From: a candidate division WWE3 bacterium
GTDB taxonomy: Bacteria; Patescibacteriota; WWE3; UBA101185; UBA10185
DNA length: 64,000 nucleotides
Direction of reading: 5' to 3'
NCBI GenBank assembly: GCA_003599255.1
Contig: QZJF01000006.1
Coordinates: forward strand, 1,018 to 65,017
Both the position numbers and the translations under genes were made by a program. This document shows positions 48,584 through 57,247 of this stretch, piece after piece. The stretch's first letter is position 1. Each line of letters starts with the position of its first letter. The notes below the pieces were generated by a model that saw nothing but the letters and a program-made list of their open reading frames with translations, did not search any database and was not told the DNA's origin.

Positions 48584-49384
48584 CTAATGTGGCTGCGTGC
48601 CGGACGCTAGGGGTGAGCTGAGTTGCAGTAAAGTACGTTCTTTGGCTATGACGGTCGAAGTGAATCTGCTTTCCAATTTAGTAAGTGTGGCGGCAGCAGA
48701 AGTTATTACGGGCGAACCTCTTCCGACATAATATGGTGCGGGTTGTGTGAACCATTCTCCGTTGGGGATTCCGACCACGAAACTGTAACCGGTTTCCTGA
48801 GCAACCGCAAGAATTCTTAAATCGTCTCCGTATACCCCGTAGGGAAGTATAAGGGAAACAGGACTTTCCAGATGTTCTGAAATAGTGGCATATGACCCCG
48901 AGATCTCTTCCCTTAAAATATTATCCGGTTGTCCGGGAAGATATTTATGTGAACTGGTATGAGACGCTATTTCAAAACCGGCACGCTCAAGTGAATCCAG
49001 ATATTTCCATTCAGCTTCGCTTAGTTGACCGGGTACAAGTCCTATTACGGCTACCATTCCCCTGCTCATTAGTTCTTCGGCCATGAGCTTTAGAGAGTGT
49101 GTTATGCGGTTTGGACCGTAGTCATCGATTGATATTATTATCAGTTTATCAGGTATTGATTGTCCTGATATAACAAAGTCGTTCAGATCCTTGTAGGTTA
49201 TGGTTGTGTATCCATCTTTCTCTAAAAGATCCAAAAACCCGGGTAGAAACTCCACGCTGTGGGAATGCAGCATGAGCGACGGCGGAACCGCAAAATCATC
49301 AACGGCAGCCCGGCTGTAACCTGAAACAAAGAAAATAGATACAGCCAAAACTAACAACCCTGTGTTAAGAACTCTTCCTTTCAC
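48584..49384 (-). CDS. Polysaccharide deacetylase (NodB-homology, CE4)
   Basis: It has IISIDDYGPN (the metal/Asp motif) and the His motif HTSSHKY. A signal peptide is present. Confidence 0.75.
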   Translation of the reverse strand: MKGRVLNTGLLVLAVSIFFVSGYSRAAVDDFAVPPSLMLHSHSVEFLPGFLDLLEKDGYTTITYKDLNDFVISGQSIPDKLIIISIDDYGPNRITHSLKLMAEELMSRGMVAVIGLVPGQLSEAEWKYLDSLERAGFEIASHTSSHKYLPGQPDNILREEISGSYATISEHLESPVSLILPYGVYGDDLRILAVAQETGYSFVVGIPNGEWFTQPAPYYVGRGSPVITSAAATLTKLESRFTSTVIAKERTLLQLSSPLASGTQPH

Positions 49385-49464
49385 GAGACACCTCCTTAGT
49401 TTTTAAAGACCTATAAGATTATTATATCAGATCACATTAATATGAATGTAAAGAGAGTAAAAAT

Positions 49465-49986
49465 TTATTTCAATGGAAGAGACTCGCAAGCTTCGCCGTC
49501 TTTATCACCGTCCAAACGATTAATATCGTTTCCGGTTCCGCCCACTCTCTCAAAAAATACTTGAGCTTCGGGTTGTGAAGAAAAGTCATCACAATTGTAA
49601 TCATCTGCCTTTTTACCAAGTGCAGTATCAGTTGTGATATTTCCAAACTTATCGAAAAGAATATTTCCCTCGGTGTCCCTTCCGACCTTTGATTCCTGGA
49701 ATGATTTGGTTTCCCATAGTCTTCCCAAGTCATAGTCGGTTTGAGCTACCTCGAGTCCAAGTGCAGCAAGTAAGGCTATAAAGGCAATAACAAGAGCTAT
49801 TCTAAGCTTTTCAAAGAAGATAAAGAGTACAGCTACAATTGCCATGAGGATAACAATAAGCCAAATTCTGAACTTATGGCTGCTTCTGAGTTTTTGGACT
49901 TTTGAGGGGACCTTAGAGAAAACTTTTTCTTCTTTAGATGAGGTTTGATTGTCTGTTGTTTCGGGTGTATCTATCTTTATGTCCAT
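49465..49986 (-). CDS. Membrane-anchored Excalibur calcium-binding domain protein
   Basis: The C-terminus DINRLDGDKDGEACESL is the Excalibur DxDxDGxxCE motif. Confidence 0.7.
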   Translation of the reverse strand: MDIKIDTPETTDNQTSSKEEKVFSKVPSKVQKLRSSHKFRIWLIVILMAIVAVLFIFFEKLRIALVIAFIALLAALGLEVAQTDYDLGRLWETKSFQESKVGRDTEGNILFDKFGNITTDTALGKKADDYNCDDFSSQPEAQVFFERVGGTGNDINRLDGDKDGEACESLPLK

Positions 49987-50005
49987 ATATTGATTCTACA
50001 CCAAA

Positions 50006-50455
50006 TTATTTTACTAGGGTAACCCACTTTGTATCAAAGGTTAACTCGTTCTTCTCGAGTTTTTCCATTATAGCTTCAATACTAAGACACAACATATCCA
50101 TGAAGGCAAAAAACGTATCTTTGTTAATAGCATCTGCCCATAACTCAAAGCCCAATTCTACAGCTAAAGGATTCTCAGTTACAGGGTACAATTTAACAAG
50201 TTTTAGTCTGTCATTTAGTGCAAACAGTTTTGATATGTCAGTTTCAGGAACATTCATCATGAAATCCACAGTTGAGACCATTACAAACTCTCCTTCTATA
50301 CGAAACGATATGTAAATACCTTTTTGATCATCAAAATTAAAAGGGGCTACTAAAACTTCTTTGTCACCATTTGGGTTAAGTTTTTTGAAAGTCCAACCAT
50401 ACTCTTGTAAGAACTGTTCCAGATCGCTTATAGAGGGAATTTTGTTTTCATCCAT
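50006..50455 (-). CDS. YbjN-domain protein (T3SS-chaperone-like putative sensory regulator)
   Basis: 149 aa. It is acidic, and the pattern …FDDQKGIYISFRIEGEFVMVSTV…LVKLY is consistent with the YbjN fold family. Confidence 0.55.
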   Translation of the reverse strand: MDENKIPSISDLEQFLQEYGWTFKKLNPNGDKEVLVAPFNFDDQKGIYISFRIEGEFVMVSTVDFMMNVPETDISKLFALNDRLKLVKLYPVTENPLAVELGFELWADAINKDTFFAFMDMLCLSIEAIMEKLEKNELTFDTKWVTLVK

Positions 50456-50503
50456 AATAACTATATTACTACTAAATAGAACATGCGGCCATACTGACTA
50501 TAG

Positions 50504-50538
50504 ACAAGTACTTGCAATAGTTGTAATATTACAAGTAC
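50504..50538. promoter_or_regulatory. Operator-like cluster of a 10-bp perfect palindrome CAAGTACTTG, a 14-bp perfect palindrome TTGTAATATTACAA and a direct repeat ACAAGTAC ×2
   Basis: It lies immediately upstream of, and abutting, the ATG of the RHH ORF at 50539. Confidence 0.45.
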
Positions 50539-50730
50539 ATGAAGAATACAGAAACCAAACTTAGAACAACTGTCTTTTTGAGACCCTCACTTATCAAACA
50601 TGCTAAGGCACAGGCGGTTATAGAAGAAATTACACTTACAGAGCTTATAGAGAGAGCTTTACTCAAATACTTACCTAAAGAAACGATAATAAAGAAAATA
50701 GACTTCAGAAAGCCCGTAGGGCGGCAATAA
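50539..50730 (+). CDS. Ribbon-helix-helix (CopG/Arc/MetJ-like) DNA-binding protein
   Basis: 63 aa. It has a β-strand TTVFLRPSL, then helices HAKAQAVIEEITLTELIERALLKYL. Confidence 0.5.
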   Translation: MKNTETKLRTTVFLRPSLIKHAKAQAVIEEITLTELIERALLKYLPKETIIKKIDFRKPVGRQ

Positions 50731-50799
50731 CTCCCAAGACAACTCCCATAAAAAACATCAAGTCGTAATGATTTTATAATTGAAAGAAGGTGATAAATA

Positions 50800-51231
50800 A
50801 TGACAGAAATAACAAGAGAAACAGTAACTTCTCAGAGTAATGAGGGTAAAACAGTATTGAATAATCCTACAGGTAACGAGAGTACTCCGGTTATGGCTAC
50901 GCAGGTAAAAACTGCTGCTACAAGTTCACAGACTGTTGAGTACTTAATCTACTTTTTCTTCGGGCTACTTGAGGTACTATTAGTCTTCAGATTGGTATTC
51001 AAGTTGGCAGGAGCCAGCTCCACAAGCGCTTTTGTGAACTTCATATACGGATTAACAGGATTATTCATATTACCTTTCGAAGGTATCTTCCGTAGAGGGG
51101 TCTCCCAAGGATTAGAAACCAGTTCAGTACTAGAACCTGCAACATTAGTTGCATTGGTTGTATATGCTTTTATATCCTGGGGAATCGTTAAGTTAGTTCA
51201 AATATTCTCAGGAGAAAAGCAGCAAGGTTAG
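50800..51231 (+). CDS. YggT-like small membrane protein
   Basis: It has a 2-TM core …LLEVLLVFRLVFKL… and FILPFEGIFRRG. Confidence 0.45.
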   Translation: MTEITRETVTSQSNEGKTVLNNPTGNESTPVMATQVKTAATSSQTVEYLIYFFFGLLEVLLVFRLVFKLAGASSTSAFVNFIYGLTGLFILPFEGIFRRGVSQGLETSSVLEPATLVALVVYAFISWGIVKLVQIFSGEKQQG

Positions 51232-51263
51232 TTGATAGTGAACGGTCGTATTTATGTGCAATT

Positions 51264-51518
51264 TTGGAGGTGATTAGTATGTCTATTATTTATTGGATTA
51301 TCTTCGGCTTAATCGCAGGAGGAATCGCAAATTATCTTTCCCCCAGTTCACACGGAGGAATAGTAGGATCAATTGTTCTTGGAATTATTGGAGCAGTTGT
51401 TGGTGGATTTTTAGGACAGATGTTCTTTGGCGTAGATGTTACCGGATTTAACATAAGTTCAATCATAGTCGCTGTTATAGGAGCACTGATTGTGCTGTAT
51501 GTAGCTAGATTATTTTAG
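51264..51518 (+). CDS. GlsB/YeaQ/YmgE-family stress-response membrane protein
   Basis: It has glycine-zipper helices: IFGLIAGGIANYL…GGIVGSIVLGIIGAVVGGFLGQ. Confidence 0.75.
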   Translation: MEVISMSIIYWIIFGLIAGGIANYLSPSSHGGIVGSIVLGIIGAVVGGFLGQMFFGVDVTGFNISSIIVAVIGALIVLYVARLF

Positions 51519-52108
51519 AACTGTGTTAAAAAAAAGGCCACTTGATGCATTAACGGAAACATATCGCCCTTATGATATTTAGTGGCCTCCAGTTTCAGGT
51601 TCAGCTGATTAAATAAGTCTTCCCACTCAGATACCGTTTTATTATTGTGTGGGTTTACAAAAAATTCCAAATTTATTAAATCGTCCCAGAAATGGGTCAA
51701 ATACTTCTGTATCTTTGTGGAGTAAATTTCCTCCATTAAAATTATATTTTTTGAGACTCTTTTTGCTTCTTTTAATATGGCTTTGGGATCCTTTGTATGA
51801 TGTAAGACTAGAATAACTATGACGAAGTCAAAACTGTTATCATCAAATGGAATTCTTGTCCCATCGTAAATAATTGGCTTCACGTTATTTACAAAACTAA
51901 CATCATGAATATCCAATGGAACAACGCCATGACCCTTATCTATTAGCAATTCGGCTACACCACAGGCACCGGCGCCGATATCCAGAATCCTGCTTTTTTC
52001 CGGCAAGTATTCCGAAATTCTGCCTACAATTGTTTTCGCCCGATTTCTGGAGATTTTATATATGATTTTATTTATTATCGGAGTGTGAGTTAGAGTTTGG
52101 ATAATCAT
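51515..52108 (-). CDS. Class I SAM-dependent methyltransferase
   Basis: It has ILDIGAGACG. The start is taken at the internal Met (MIIQTL…) at 52108, because the longer track ORF, which runs to 52165, overlaps the next ORF by about 100 nt. Confidence 0.6.
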   Translation of the reverse strand: MIIQTLTHTPIINKIIYKISRNRAKTIVGRISEYLPEKSRILDIGAGACGVAELLIDKGHGVVPLDIHDVSFVNNVKPIIYDGTRIPFDDNSFDFVIVILVLHHTKDPKAILKEAKRVSKNIILMEEIYSTKIQKYLTHFWDDLINLEFFVNPHNNKTVSEWEDLFNQLNLKLEATKYHKGDMFPLMHQVAFFLTQF

Positions 52109-52379
52109 TGTTAGATTTTGGTTTTCCCCAGTTCCATCCGGGTTTCTCCCCTTTCTTATAAGCAATACGTATCAAAGTTATTGTTAAAAGTGTTGTAGGT
52201 AGTACAAACATAAAGAGCACTTCCTGGTTTGAAGAACTCTCATCAACTGTGCTCGAAAGCAGAATGATTAGTACTAAATATACCAACGTTACAAGCCATC
52301 CCTGCCAAGTGACGGGCGTCCAACCCCAACCAAACCATTTAGCTTTGAACCATAGATTATGCTGATTTATTACTGACAT
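52068..52379 (-). CDS. Small Trp-rich single-TM protein
   Basis: It is 103 aa, WFGWGWTPVTWQGWLVTLVYLVLIILL. It overlaps the downstream methyltransferase ORF, so its reality is uncertain. Confidence 0.3.
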   Translation of the reverse strand: MSVINQHNLWFKAKWFGWGWTPVTWQGWLVTLVYLVLIILLSSTVDESSSNQEVLFMFVLPTTLLTITLIRIAYKKGEKPGWNWGKPKSNNDYPNSNSHSDNK

Positions 52380-52454
52380 GTTAAAGAAATTATATCAATA
52401 ACAAACAACCCTAAAGAACTAGTTGCTCTATTAGGGGTGTTTGTTGTGCGTACT

Positions 52455-53450
52455 TTACTCAGTTTCCGAAGCCCAATTTCCAAGACCCTTTTTTAAGGGA
52501 CTCATGTATTCTATGACTCCGTATTCATCGCATGGGTCGCTGGAGATCTCTTGTATAACAATAAATTCTCCCCATAAAGCCGGCCCTATTTCTGTTGTCT
52601 TAGTATCATCTGTGTACCACATACCTTCGCCGTAGTATCCGATAACAGTATCATCAAGGAAAGCATCTGCAGGTGCAGCAACTATCTTAACGAAATCTGT
52701 AACAGTACATGTAGCAAAGACTTGAGTCGATGTGCCTGTTGCAGTCCAGGTAAGGTTGTTGCTGTTACTGTCAGTAAAGGTACCTCCGGTAATCTCGTTA
52801 TTGCCTATGGTTCCTGTAAAGTCACCTGTGTAAAGTATCGGGAATCTGTCGTAATGCAGCTGCAGCGTGTCACCTGTGATTGTACCCACTAATGTTCCTC
52901 CATACTCCCAGTCCGCGCCGTTTAGCCACCAAAATTCTCCGGTAACGTTACCTTCTGAGTCCTGAACTAAGTTACGAAACTCTCTGTTATCAGTTCCTCC
53001 GTTGAAATCCAGCATCCAGTTTCCGGTTATATCCCAGTAGTAATCTGTCGAGCTAAGGTAGGTTCCTGATGCGTGATTGGTTAGCCATGCGCCAGAGCCG
53101 ATATAGCTGCTGTACCCATAATGTCTATCCAACAGCTCATCACCGTCACAAGACTGATTACTTAACCAGGCGTCATTCCATTTCATCATCAAACTTATGT
53201 CTTCATAAGGTAATGCCTGACACCAGGGTGCATCTCTGTATGCGCCACAAAATGTTCCGTTGAACATTTTCGCTTGGTAGTTATAACCCCACTCATCATA
53301 GCCTGTAGTGATGACTTCTCCCACACTATTTAACAATTCTCCGCTTTGTATTGTGGTACATGTGGATTTAGCTGCCATAACCGGTTTACTTGACAAGTTA
53401 AATGCAACAACAGCTGCAACCACAACTATCATAATTGATATTTTTTTCAT
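52455..53450 (-). CDS. Secreted Trp/Gly/Thr/Asp-rich protein of unknown function
   Basis: It has a signal peptide, MKKISIMIVVVAAVVAFN, and several Cys. I recognise no domain. Confidence 0.5.
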   Translation of the reverse strand: MKKISIMIVVVAAVVAFNLSSKPVMAAKSTCTTIQSGELLNSVGEVITTGYDEWGYNYQAKMFNGTFCGAYRDAPWCQALPYEDISLMMKWNDAWLSNQSCDGDELLDRHYGYSSYIGSGAWLTNHASGTYLSSTDYYWDITGNWMLDFNGGTDNREFRNLVQDSEGNVTGEFWWLNGADWEYGGTLVGTITGDTLQLHYDRFPILYTGDFTGTIGNNEITGGTFTDSNSNNLTWTATGTSTQVFATCTVTDFVKIVAAPADAFLDDTVIGYYGEGMWYTDDTKTTEIGPALWGEFIVIQEISSDPCDEYGVIEYMSPLKKGLGNWASETE

Positions 53451-53596
53451 TTTATTCACCTCCATTCCAAGAAAATAAATACAAAAAAATCCGCAGTTGT
53501 GCGGATTTAGAAATTAAACGGGATTTCAATGAAATATTTTTTCACCATGTCTATAGTATTTCAATTGGGGGTGTTTGTAAAGTAAACATACCTTAA

Positions 53597-54646
53597 GTGA
53601 TAGAATCTATAGGCATGATAAAACTCTTTAGAACAATAAAAAAAAACCATGTTGAGATTATTTTGCTAATACTTACGTTGTTCTTATCTCATAAGATTAC
53701 TTTCGGGGTTGATAGAGACTCTGACTTTTATTACAAAAAGGAGGATATTTACTACGAGTACGAGGTTGCAAAGCAAATTCAAAAAGGTGAAAATCCATAT
53801 CTTAGAATTTTAAAAGGCGACATGCTAGAGAATGACAAGTACGCAACACAGTTGCCGCATTATTATAATCTCCTGGCGTTTATCAGAGATAATTCTAATG
53901 ACAATTTCAGTGGATTTATCGAGAGTTTTAGGCTAATACTTTATGTTTCACAGGTTATCGGCGGTGTATTCATTTATCTCATTTTCAGAAAACAGAATAA
54001 AAGGCTTCTTGGCTTATGTGGTGCAATTTTTTATATTTTTAACGTATGGACGCTAAATAGTATGATTTACTTAAAGCAAGATGTACTGGCAATTGCATTA
54101 CTAGTAGCCTCTTTCTATTTTTTAAGTAGTGATAAATACAGGACAATCTCATATGTGCTGTACGGTTTATCGTTAGGGATCAAATATATAGGGGTATTCG
54201 CTTTTCCAATATTCATAGTTGTTTATCTAAACAAAAAATTGACACTTAAGAAGCTTATAATAAATTTCCTGTTATTGTTCTTTGTCCTAATTACTCCTGT
54301 CATCCCCTACCTTCTTGAGGATTTTAATAGTTTCGCGAGATCGCTGCTTTTTAGCCTGACACGCAGCCCTTCCGATTCAGAGATAATTTACGGCTACAAT
54401 GACTTGCTTGTTAGATCACCGGAAAGTCACACAAGCACTGAAATTTTCGATAAGTTGTTACCCCGTATTCCTTTATTTATTTCTTTGTTAATGACGGTAG
54501 CATTACTGTTCCTGCGAAAAATTAAACAAGGAACTTATGTCTTTTTGTCTCTGCTTGTTTTTTCTATTTTTAATCCGGTTATTTTTCCGCAGTATATTAC
54601 CTGGGTACCTCCTTTTGCTCTGTTTCCTTTGTTAGATGGTGATTAA
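53597..54646 (+). CDS. Polytopic membrane protein, a possible GT-C-like mannosyltransferase-type protein
   Basis: 349 aa with about 9 TM. It has a GTG track start, and an ATG alternative at 53615. Confidence 0.45.
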   Translation: MIESIGMIKLFRTIKKNHVEIILLILTLFLSHKITFGVDRDSDFYYKKEDIYYEYEVAKQIQKGENPYLRILKGDMLENDKYATQLPHYYNLLAFIRDNSNDNFSGFIESFRLILYVSQVIGGVFIYLIFRKQNKRLLGLCGAIFYIFNVWTLNSMIYLKQDVLAIALLVASFYFLSSDKYRTISYVLYGLSLGIKYIGVFAFPIFIVVYLNKKLTLKKLIINFLLLFFVLITPVIPYLLEDFNSFARSLLFSLTRSPSDSEIIYGYNDLLVRSPESHTSTEIFDKLLPRIPLFISLLMTVALLFLRKIKQGTYVFLSLLVFSIFNPVIFPQYITWVPPFALFPLLDGD

Positions 54647-54754
54647 TTAGTTCATTCGTAAATATAAAAGCTGTTTTGTATTAGTGCGGGCATTCAAACT
54701 CCTAGTGGTATCCTTTTTTTGCTGTCCGGTTGGAATTTAGTTGGAACTTTTATT

Positions 54755-55147
54755 TCAAACAAGCTCTTGCAATTTTGATCTTGCTTCTTCAAATGTAGAA
54801 ACTAAAAACCCTGCTTTTCTTACAAATTCAATAGACCACTTAGGTTCTCTTTCATCCTTCCATATAATAATCATGTTTTTACAAGTGTCCCCTGGTTTTT
54901 CTGTATGTGTTGCCATAAAATACCCTATTTCTATCCAAGTTGCCTCGGAAGGTTTTGTACTTGGGTTTGCAACCAAGATGTCCGAATTATGCACTGCTAT
55001 CAAATCTTCCGGAAAGAATGTCTCTGAGGAAGTTTGATCAGAGTCAATTTCAGGGTCATAGAAGTCAAATCCATCTAATTTCTTAAAATCGTCCTTCCAG
55101 TTGTTATCGTATTCATTTGGTTGTCCTGCTAAATAAACTTTCTTCAT
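54755..55147 (-). CDS. Nucleoside 2-deoxyribosyltransferase-like (NDT/DNPH1-fold) small protein
   Basis: It has KVYLAGQ at the N-terminus and …EATWIEIGYFMATHTEKP, matching the YLAGP / GT(A)WEIGYA pattern of the fold. Confidence 0.5.
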   Translation of the reverse strand: MKKVYLAGQPNEYDNNWKDDFKKLDGFDFYDPEIDSDQTSSETFFPEDLIAVHNSDILVANPSTKPSEATWIEIGYFMATHTEKPGDTCKNMIIIWKDEREPKWSIEFVRKAGFLVSTFEEARSKLQELV

Positions 55148-55439
55148 GAATACATTGTATCAGTTCCAAAGACCCTATCTGCCTATGTTTTTTGACGACT
55201 TATGGAACTTGTTGTCACAATAAGAACTAAAGGTTTATAAATTTGGCTGAGCACTCGGGTCTAGTACCAAAATTGAACTCTATCCTGTACGTATTTTCTC
55301 CAGGTTGTATATGAGACAGTATAAAAGAGTGCCCTATTAATTAATTAGTTAGTCAAAATTTCATATTTCTGGCTGCAAAATTATTTATTTATGTGTTCAG
55401 CTTCCTATAGAAAAGATTCTAAACTAGTGTTTGTAACCC

Positions 55440-56192
55440 TTACTTCATATATATTGAATTTAAAATACCATAAAGAATGAAGAAACAAATCACTCCAAGT
55501 AGAAAAGTCTTAATCCATTTATTTCCTGCAGAAACAGCAAAGGATGCACCTACAAGTCCCCCAAGCAACATACCCGTAAAGATCATAATACCTGGGATTA
55601 TAGGTATAAATCCATGATAGTAATATATAACTGCAGGTATTGATGCAGAGAAAAATTTTGAAGGTGTGGTTGTTGCATGTCCTTTCACAATTTCGAATCC
55701 AAAAAAGTAGATCATAACTATTGTACTTACCACAGCACCCCCAGCTCCAATCACGGCACCAATGATGGAAAGAAGAAACAACAATATGTAACCAACAGAT
55801 TTTTTTAATTTTGAAGTACTTACTTTTTTTATTCCTAGATCGCGTTTAAAAACAAGTAGAGGTAATGCTAGTGCAATAGTTATGTAAACAAGTATTTCAA
55901 GCACATTCGCATTTAGTAGAACCATTATTTTAGTACCTAAAAAGCTTCCGATAATGTATATGCAGGTAATTGTTCCAGCTAAGTTCCAATCTATTTTTTT
56001 TGATTTCCAGTATTTTCTTACTGCAGATATAAATGTGCCGACATCCCCAATTTTATTTAATGCAATCGCTGATTGTGGAGTAAAACCTAAATACAGAAGG
56101 GCAGGTATTGATACAAAACCGCCACCCCCGACAGTTGATCCTAGAAATCCGGACACAAAGCCTATTAAAAAAATTGCTACTTTGTCAAACAT
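55440..56192 (-). CDS. TauE/SafE-family sulfite/anion exporter
   Basis: It has repeated glycine-rich TM motifs, GFVSGFLGSTVGGGG and GAVIGAGGAV. The start is at the ATG at 56192. Confidence 0.7.
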   Translation of the reverse strand: MFDKVAIFLIGFVSGFLGSTVGGGGFVSIPALLYLGFTPQSAIALNKIGDVGTFISAVRKYWKSKKIDWNLAGTITCIYIIGSFLGTKIMVLLNANVLEILVYITIALALPLLVFKRDLGIKKVSTSKLKKSVGYILLFLLSIIGAVIGAGGAVVSTIVMIYFFGFEIVKGHATTTPSKFFSASIPAVIYYYHGFIPIIPGIMIFTGMLLGGLVGASFAVSAGNKWIKTFLLGVICFFILYGILNSIYMK

Positions 56193-56252
56193 TAAAATAA
56201 AGTATAACAACAAAATAGTTTTTGTAGTCGACCAATCATATATAATCTATAT

Positions 56253-57128
56253 ATGTTTTCATCTAAAGTTAAGTACTTTATTATTACCTTAATTGTGATC
56301 TTTATACTTGGTTTTTTGTTTCTATCCTTTAAAGGACAGATTGATAATATTAAAATGAGACATGAAGATGCCGTCATTGCTTTTGAAGAATATCAACTTG
56401 AACAAAATGAAAAATATAACACACAGGAGGCGTTATATGAGAAGATGAAAAACGATTTTGAAAAATATCGAATGATGGCACTAGAAACAAAAGAATTAGT
56501 GGATAGTAATAAGCAACCAGAAATATCAAATATAGTTAAAACATGGAGACCTTACACAGCATATATTATATGTTCATGGATAGAACCCAAGGAGGCTTAT
56601 GGGTCCGGTTCAGGAAAAATAGAAAAGCTAGACGAGGAAGGAAATGCATTGATTCTTACAAATAAGCATGTCCTTCTTAAAGAAGATAACACACCAGTCG
56701 AGTGCTTGGTAACTTTTCCTGAAATATCAAAGATTTATAAATTGGAAAAACCCAAAGTTGTAAGCGATAAAGATCTTGATGTGGCATATTTGACTATAAC
56801 TGAACCTGATCAATTTATATTTAGCTTGATAACTAATGTTAAAAAAGAACGTTTATGTTTGGATGGCATTAACCTGGGAGACAAAATCATTGCCCTAGGA
56901 TATCCGGGAATAGGGGCCTCAGGAGACGTAACTGTTACTGATGGAATAATATCTGGAAGTGAAGACGAATTCTATATTAGTACTGTAAAACTTGACTACG
57001 GTAACTCTGGAGGTTTAGCAATTCATGTCGAAAAGAATTGCTATTTAGGTATTCCAACAGCATCTGTAGCGGGCGAGATCGAATCACTTGCTAGGATACT
57101 AAAGTATTCTGAGATTATGGAAGATTAG
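56253..57128 (+). CDS. Membrane-anchored trypsin-like (S1 family) serine peptidase
   Basis: The catalytic triad context is LTNKHVL (His), DLDVAYL (Asp) and GNSGG (Ser). Confidence 0.7.
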   Translation: MFSSKVKYFIITLIVIFILGFLFLSFKGQIDNIKMRHEDAVIAFEEYQLEQNEKYNTQEALYEKMKNDFEKYRMMALETKELVDSNKQPEISNIVKTWRPYTAYIICSWIEPKEAYGSGSGKIEKLDEEGNALILTNKHVLLKEDNTPVECLVTFPEISKIYKLEKPKVVSDKDLDVAYLTITEPDQFIFSLITNVKKERLCLDGINLGDKIIALGYPGIGASGDVTVTDGIISGSEDEFYISTVKLDYGNSGGLAIHVEKNCYLGIPTASVAGEIESLARILKYSEIMED

Positions 57129-57247
57129 GAGAGTTACCATGCGGATTTGATTATATGAAATCTATATCCTACCCCTTAGTTCTCAAGGATAATTGGCTGA
57201 GCATTGCCTGTGATGTTAGAACTGCAATAGTTGGAGTTATATTATAA

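Noticed and set aside
50504-50534. LexA/SOS box interpretation of TTGTAATATTACAA
   Set aside because: It resembles the CTGT-N8-ACAG layout only loosely (TTGT…ACAA). It is more parsimoniously the operator of the adjacent RHH protein, and I saw no lexA/recA here.
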